A model generated the notes under the pieces. It was not told the DNA's origin, made no database searches, and worked only from the letters and a program-made list of their open reading frames with translations. The translations under genes and the position numbers were made by a program. From assembly GCA_964057225.1 (NCBI GenBank), contig OZ059895.1, positions 2,480,001 to 2,544,000 on the forward strand: a stretch of 64,000 nt of DNA, given 5' to 3'. This document shows, piece after piece, positions 56,901 to 64,000 of this stretch (the first letter of the stretch is position 1; every line of letters begins with the position of its first letter). The stretch is from Auanema rhodensis (Eukaryota; Animalia; Nematoda).

Positions 56901-59900
56901 ATTTGCGCTAGCTTAAAAATGCACCGAGATATCAACTGATATAAGTTCACACTTATATCCTCGATTTTCACCCTGAAGAATTAATTTTTTCGTTGAATAA
57001 CATTGTCCATCGTCTTCGCCTTGAAAAAAGGAATCTAAAAACATCTACTTTTTGCTAAATTATTTTGAAATTTTTCGAAAAAATTTTTGTCAAAATGTTT
57101 TTGGAAGCAATGTTGAGTGTACATGGAAACTCAACATACACTTATGCATCATTTTTCGAACAATCATAACTAATTTTTGTATTAAGCGTTTCTCAATGTA
57201 GTATAGTGCATTCGATGCGGATTTTTAAGCTGGGTCGATCTGTGTTATCAGATTTGCGCTAGCTTAAAAATGCACCGAGATATCAACTGATATAAGTTCA
57301 CACTTATATCCTCGATTTTCACCCTGAAGAATTAATTTTTTCGTTGAATAACATTGTCCATCGTCTTCGCCTTGAAAAAAGGAATCTAAAAACATCTACT
57401 TTATGCTAAATTATTTTGAAATTTTTCGAAAAAATTTTTGTCAAAATGTTTTTGGAAGCAATGTTGAGTGTACATGGAAACTCAACATACACTAATGCAT
57501 CATTTTTCAAACGATCATAACTAATTTTTGTATTAAGCGTTTCTCAATGTAGTATAGTGCATTCGATGCGGATTTTTAAGCTGCGTCGATCTGTGTTATC
57601 AGATTTGCGCTAGCTGAAAAATGCACCGAGATATCAACTGATATAAGTTCACACTTATATCCTCGATTTTCACCATGAAGAAATAATTTTTTTGTTGAAT
57701 AACATTGTCCATCGTCTTTGCCTTGAAAAATGGAATCTAAAAACATCTACTTTTTGCTAAATTATTTTGAAATTTTTCGAAAAAATTTTTGTCAAAATGT
57801 TTTTGGAAGCAATGTTGAGTGTACATGGAAACTCAACATACACTTATGCATCATTTTTCGAACAATCATAACTAATTTTTGTATTAAGCGTTTCTCAATG
57901 TAGTATAGTGCATTCGATGCGGATTTTTAAGCTGCGTCGATTTGTCTTATCAGATTTGCGCTAGCTTAAAAATGCACCGAGATATCAACTGATATATGTT
58001 CACACTTATATCCTCGATTTTCACCCTGAAGAATTAATTTTTTCGTTGAATAACATTGTCCATCGTCTTCGCCTTGAAAAAAAGAATCTAAAAACATCTA
58101 CTTTTTGCTAAATTATTTTGAAATTTTTCGAAAAAAGTTTTGTCAAAATGTTTTTGGAAGCAATGTTGAGTGTACATGGAAACTCAACATACACTAATGC
58201 ATCATTTTTCAAACGATCATAACTAATTTTTGTATTAAGCGTTTCTCAATGTAGTATAGTGCATTCGATGCGGATTTTTAAGCTGCGTCGATCTGTGTTA
58301 TCAGATTTGCGCTAGCTGAAAAATGCACCGAGATATCAACTGATATAAGTTCACACTTATATCCTCGATTTTCACCATGAAGAAATAATTTTTTTGTTGA
58401 ATAACATTGTCCATCGTCTTTGCCTTGAAAAATGAAATCTAAAAACATCTACTTTTTGCTAAATTATTTTGAAATTTTTCGAAAAAATTTTTGTCAAAAT
58501 GTTTTTGGAAGCAATGTTGAGTGTACATGGAAACTCAACATACACTTATGCATCATTTTTCGAACAATCATAACTAATTTTTGTATTAAGCGTTTCTCAA
58601 TGTAGTATAGTGCATTCGATGCGGATTTTTAAGCTGCGTCGATTTGTCTTATCAGATTTGCGCTAGCTTAAAAATGCACCGAGATATCAACTGATATATG
58701 TTCACACTTATATCCTCGATTTTCACCCTGAAGAATTAATTTTTTCGTTGAATAACATTGTCCATCGTCTTCGCCTTGAAAAAAAGAATCTAAAAACATC
58801 TACTTTTTGCTAAATTATTTTGAAATTTTTCGAAAAAATTTTTGTCAAAATGTTTTTGGAAGCAATGTTGAGTGTACATGGAAACTCAACATACACTAAT
58901 GCATCATTTTTCAAACGATCATAACTAATTTTTGTATTAAGCGTTTCTCAATGTAGTATAGTGCATTCGATGCGGATTTTTAAGCTGCGTCGATTTGTGT
59001 TATCAGATTTGCGCTAGCTTAAAAATGCACCGAGATATCAACTGATATAAGTTCACACTTATATCCTCGATTTTCACCCTGAAGAATTAAATTTTTCGTT
59101 GAATAACATTGTCCATCGTCTTCGCCTTGAAAAAAAGAATCTAAAAACAACTACTTTTTGCTAAATTATTTTGAAATTTTTCGAAAAAATTTTTGTCAAA
59201 ATGTTTTTGGAAGCAATGTTGAGTGTACATGGAAACTCAACATACACTAATGCATCATTTTTCAAACCATCATAACTAATTTTTGTATTAAGCGTTTCTC
59301 AATGTAGTATAGTGCATTCGATGCGGATTTTTAAGCTGCGTCGATCTGTGTTATCAGATTTGCGCTAGCTTAAAAATGCACCGAGATATCAACTGATATA
59401 AGTTCACACTTATATCCTCGATTTTCACCCTGAAGAATTAATTTTTTCGTTGAATAACATTGTCCATCGTCTTCGCCTTGAAAAAAAGAATCTAAAAACA
59501 TCTACTTTTTGCTAAATTATTTTGAAATTTTTCGAAAAAATTTTTGTCAAAATGTTTTTGGAAGCAATGTTGAGTGTACATGGAAACTCAACATACACTA
59601 ATGCATCATTTTTCAAACGATCATAACTAATTTTTGTATTAAGCGTTTCTCAATGTAGTATAGTGCATTCGATGCGGATTTTTAAGCTGCGTCGATTTGT
59701 GTTATCAGATTTGCGCTAGCTTAAAAATGCACCGAGATATCAACTGATATAAGTTCACACTTATATCCTCGATTTTCACCCTGAAGAATTAATTTTTTCG
59801 TTGAATAACATTGTCCATCGTCTTCGCCTTGAAAAAAAGAATCTAAAAACAACTACTTTTTGCTAAATTATTTTGAAATTTTTCGAAAAAATTTTTGTCA

Positions 59901-62478
59901 AAATGTTTTTGGAAGCAATGTTGAATGTACATGGAAACTCAACATACACTAATGCATCATTTTTCAAACGATCATAACTAATTTTTGTATTAAGCGTTTC
60001 TCACTGTAGTATAGTGCATTCGATGCGGATTTTTAAGCTGGGTCGATCTGTGTTATCAGATTTGCGCTAGCTTAAAAATGCACCGAGATATCAACTGATA
60101 TAAGTTCACACTTATATCCTCGATTTTCACCCTGAAGAATTAATTTTTTCGTTGAATAACATTGTCCATCGTCTTCGCCTTGAAAAAAAGAATCTAAAAA
60201 CATCTACTTTTTGCTAAATTATTTTGAAATTTTTCGAAAAAATTTTTGTCAAAATGTTTTTGGAAGCAATGTTGAGTGTACATGGAAACTCAACATACAC
60301 TAATGCATCATTTTTCAAACAATCATAACTAATTTTTGTATTAAGCGTTTCTCAATGTAGTATAGTGCATTCGATGCGGATTTTTAAGCTGCGTCGATTT
60401 GTGTTATCAGATTTGCGCTAGCTTAAAAATGCACCGAGATATCAACTGATATAAGTTCACACTTATATCCTCGATTTTCACCCTGAAGAATTAATTTTTT
60501 CGTTGAATAACATTGTCCATCGTCTTCGCCTTGAAAAAAAGAATCTAAAAACAACTACTTTTTGCTAAATTATTTTGAAATTTTTCGAAAAAATTTTTGT
60601 CAAAATGTTTTTGGAAGCAATGTTGAGTGTACATGGAAACTCAACATACACTAATGCATCATTTTTCAAACGATCATAACTAATTTTTGTATTAAGCGTT
60701 TCTCAATGTAGTATAGTGCATTCGATGCGGATTTTTAAGCTGGGTCGATCTGTGTTATCAGATTTGCGCTAGCTTAAAAATGCACCGAGATATCAACTGA
60801 TATAAGTTCACACTTATATCCTCGATTTTCACCCTGAAGAATTAATTTTTTCGTTGAATAACATTGTCCATCGTCTTCGCCTTGAAAAAAAGAATCTAAA
60901 AACATCTACTTTTTGCTAAATTATTTTGAAATTTTTCGAAAAAATTTTTGTCAAAATGTTTTTGGAAGCAATGTTGAGTGTACATGGAAACTCAACATAC
61001 ACTAATGCATCATTTTTCAAACGATCATAACTAATTTTTGTATTAAGCGTTTCTCAATGTAGTATAGTGCATTCGATGCGGATTTTTAAGCTGCGTCGAT
61101 TTGTCTTATCAGATTTGCGCTAGCTTAAAAATGCACCGAGATATCAACTGATATATGTTCCCACTTATAACCTCGATTTTCACCCTGAAGAATTAATTTT
61201 TTCGTTGAATAACATTGTCCATCGTCTTCGCCTTGAAAAAAGAAATCTAAAAACATCTACTTTTTGCTAAATTATTTTGAAATTTTTCGAAAAAATTTTT
61301 GTCAAAATGTTTTTGGAAGCAATGTTGAGTGTACATGGAAACTCAACATACACTTATGCATCATTTTTCAAACGATCATAACTAATTTTTGTATTAAGCG
61401 TTTCTCAATGTAGTATAGTGCATTCGATGCGGATTTTTAAGCTGCGTCGATTTGTCTTATCAGATTTGCGCTAGCTTAAAAATGCACCGAGATATCAACT
61501 GATATAAGTTCACACTTATATCCTCGATTTTCACCCTGAAGAATCAATTTTTTCGTTGAATAACGTTGTCCATCGTCTTCGCCTTGAAAAAAGGAATCTA
61601 AAAACATCTACTTTTTGCTAAATTATTTTGAAATTTTTCGAAAAAATTTTTGTCAAAATGTTTTTGGAAGCAATGTTGAGTGTACATGGAAACTCAACAT
61701 ACACTTATGCATCATTTTTCGAACAATCATAACTAATTTTTGTATTAAGCGTTTCTCAATGTAGTATAGTGCATTCGATGCGGATTTTTAAGCTGCGTCG
61801 ATTTGTGTTATCAGATTTGCGCTAGCTTAAAAATGCACCGAGATATCAACTGATATAAGTTCACACTTATATCCTCGATTTTCACCCTGAAGAATTAATT
61901 TTTTCGTTGAATAACATTGTCCATCGTCTTCGCCTTGAAAAAAGGAATCTAAAAACATCTACTTTTTGCTAAATTATTTTGAAATTTTTCGAAAAAATTT
62001 TTGTCAAAATGTTTTTGGAAGCAATGTTGAGTGTACATGGAAACTCAACATACACTTATGCATCATTTTTCAAACGATCATAACTAATTCTTGTATTAAG
62101 CGTTTCTCAATGTAGTATAGTGCATTCGATGCGGATTTTTAAGCTGGGTCGATCTGTGTTATCAGATTTGCGCTAGCTTAAAAATGCACCGAGATATCAA
62201 CTGATATAAGTTCACACTTATATCCTCGATTTTCACCCTGAAGAATTAATTTTTTCGTTGAATAACATTGTCCATCGTCTTCGCCTTGAAAAAAAGAATC
62301 TAAAAACATCTACTTTTTGCTAAATTATTTTGAAATTTTTCGAAAAAATTTTTGTCAAAATGTTTTTGGAAGCAATGTTGAGTGTACATGGAAACTCAAC
62401 ATACACTAATGCATCATTTTTCAAACGATCATAACTAATTTTTGTATTAAGCGTTTCTCAATGTAGTATAGTGCATTC
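38962..62478 (+). repeat. Domain 5: distinct satellite sub-lineage (TCTTCGCC, CACTTATG, TTCGAACAATC, GCTGGGTC, GATTTGT variants)
   Basis: pos155 C, pos281 T and pos20 G appear only from 38962 onward. The left-side alleles GCGAAT (pos7 A) and TATCAA (pos321 C) disappear. Confidence 0.85.
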
Positions 62479-64000
62479 GATGCGGATTTTTAAGCTGCGT
62501 CGATTTGTGTTATCAGATTTGCGCTAGCTTAAAAATGCACCGAGATATCAACTGATATAAGTTCACACTTATATCCTCGATTTTCACCCTGAAGAATTAA
62601 TTTTTTCGTTGAATAACATTGTCCATCGTCTTTGCCTTGAAAAAAGGAATCTAAAAACATCTACTTTTTGCTAAATTATTTTGAAATTTTTGGAAAAAAT
62701 TTTTGCCAAAATGTTTTTGGAAGCAATGTTGAGTGTACATGGAAACTCAACATACACTAATGCATCATTTTTCAAACGATCATAACTAATTTTTGTATTA
62801 AGCGTTTCTCAATGTAGTATAGTGCATTCGATGCGGATTTTTAAGCTGCGTCGATTTGTGTTATCAGATTTGCGCTAGCTTAAAAATGCACCGAGATATC
62901 AACTGATATAAGTTCACACTTATATCCTCGATTTTCACCCTGAAGAATTAATTTTTTCGTTGAATAACATTGTCCATCGTCTTTGCCTTGAAAAAAGGAA
63001 TCTAAAAACATCTACTTTTTGCTAAATTATTTTGAAATTTTTGGAAAAAATTTTTGCCAAAATGTTTTTGGAAGCAATGTTGAGTGTACATGGAAACTCA
63101 ACATACACTAATGCATCATTTTTCAAACGATCATAACTAATTTTTGTATTAAGCGTTTCTCAATGTAGTATAGTGCATTCGATGCGGATTTTTAAGCTGC
63201 GTCGATTTGTGTTATCAGATTTGCGCTAGCTTAAAAATGCACCGAGATATCAACTGATATAAGTTCACACTTATATCCTCGATTTTCACCCTGAAGAATT
63301 AATTTTTTCGTTGAATAACATTGTCCATCGTCTTTGCCTTGAAAAAAGGAATCTAAAAACATCTACTTTTTGCTAAATTATTTTGAAATTTTTGGAAAAA
63401 ATTTTTGCCAAAATGTTTTTGGAAGCAATGTTGAGTGTACATGGAAACTCAACATACACTAATGCATCATTTTTCAAACGATCATAACTAATTTTTGTAT
63501 TAAGCGTTTCTCAATGTAGTATAGTGCATTCGATGCGGATTTTTAAGCTGCGTCGATTTGTGTTATCAGATTTGCGCTAGCTTAAAAATGCACCGAGATA
63601 TCAACTGATATAAGTTCACACTTATATCCTCGATTTTCACCCTGAAGAATTAATTTTTTCGTTGAATAACATTGTCCATCGTCTTTGCCTTGAAAAAAGG
63701 AATCTAAAAACATCTACTTTTTGCTAAATTATTTTGAAATTTTTGGAAAAAATTTTTGCCAAAATGTTTTTGGAAGCAATGTTGAGTGTACATGGAAACT
63801 CAACATACACTAATGCATCATTTTTCAAACGATCATAACTAATTTTTGTATTAAGCGTTTCTCAATGTAGTATAGTGCATTCGATGCGGATTTTTAAGCT
63901 GCGTCGATTTGTGTTATCAGATTTGCGCTAGCTTAAAAATGCACCGAGATATCAACTGATATAAGTTCACACTTATATCCTCGATTTTCACCCTGAAGAA
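62479..64000 (+). repeat. Domain 6: run of apparently identical monomers (4 full + partial)
   Basis: Monomers at 62479, 62830, 63181 and 63532 all carry GATTTGTG, TCTTTGCC, TTTGGAA, TTTGCCA and TATTAAG, and I see no differences between them. Confidence 0.8.

Larger units (their letters stand above)
1..64000 (+). repeat. Tandem satellite DNA array, 351-bp monomer, ~182.3 copies, head-to-tail, single orientation
   Basis: GATGC(G/A)(G/A)ATTTTTAAGCTG recurs at 1, 352, 703, 1054 and onward. Exact 351-bp phase holds at 7021, 14041, 21061, 28081, 35101, 42121, 49141, 56161 and 63181 (multiples of 20x351, +1). No non-repeat sequence interrupts it, and the array runs off both ends of the window. Confidence 0.99.

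Noticed and set aside
1-64000. Giant tandem-repeat protein gene (351 = 117 codons, no indels)
   Set aside because: All + frames hit stops within 80 nt, and the ORF track shows no long minus-strand ORF. The best frame is bounded by TGA at pos35-37 and pos269-271. Divisibility by 3 has a 1-in-3 chance.
1-64000. CRISPR array or integron-like cassette array
   Set aside because: There are no unique spacers or cassettes between the hairpins. The full 351 bp is repeated, and no cas or integrase genes are present.
1-64000. Assignment to a named satellite family or species
   Set aside because: Only the length class and AT content resemble known ~350-360-bp insect satellites. I cannot verify sequence homology without a search.

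Overview
The whole 64,000-bp window is one uninterrupted head-to-tail satellite DNA array of a 351-bp AT-rich monomer (about 32% GC by my count of monomer 1). It holds 182 full copies plus a 118-bp partial, all in the same orientation. Monomer n starts at 351*(n-1)+1 throughout, so there is no net indel and copies differ only by a few substitutions. I found no genes, RNA genes, CRISPR spacers or inserted mobile elements. The six 75-aa minus-strand ORFs are by-products of two satellite SNPs that remove stop codons. The information is in the variant pattern. The array divides into haplotype domains (about 1-8.1, 10.9-23.9, 23.9-28.8, 29.5-38.3, 39.0-62.5 and 62.5-64 kb), most with their own short, irregular higher-order repeat (HOR) of 2-7 monomers. 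There is a sharp lineage boundary at about 38,962, plus chimeric monomers and long-range sharing of variant blocks. The monomer is rich in inverted repeats. This looks like eukaryotic (peri)centromeric or heterochromatic satellite, but I cannot name the organism or satellite family. I do not see a new gene-encoded system. All monomer typing was done by eye; 'pos' means position within the 351-bp monomer.
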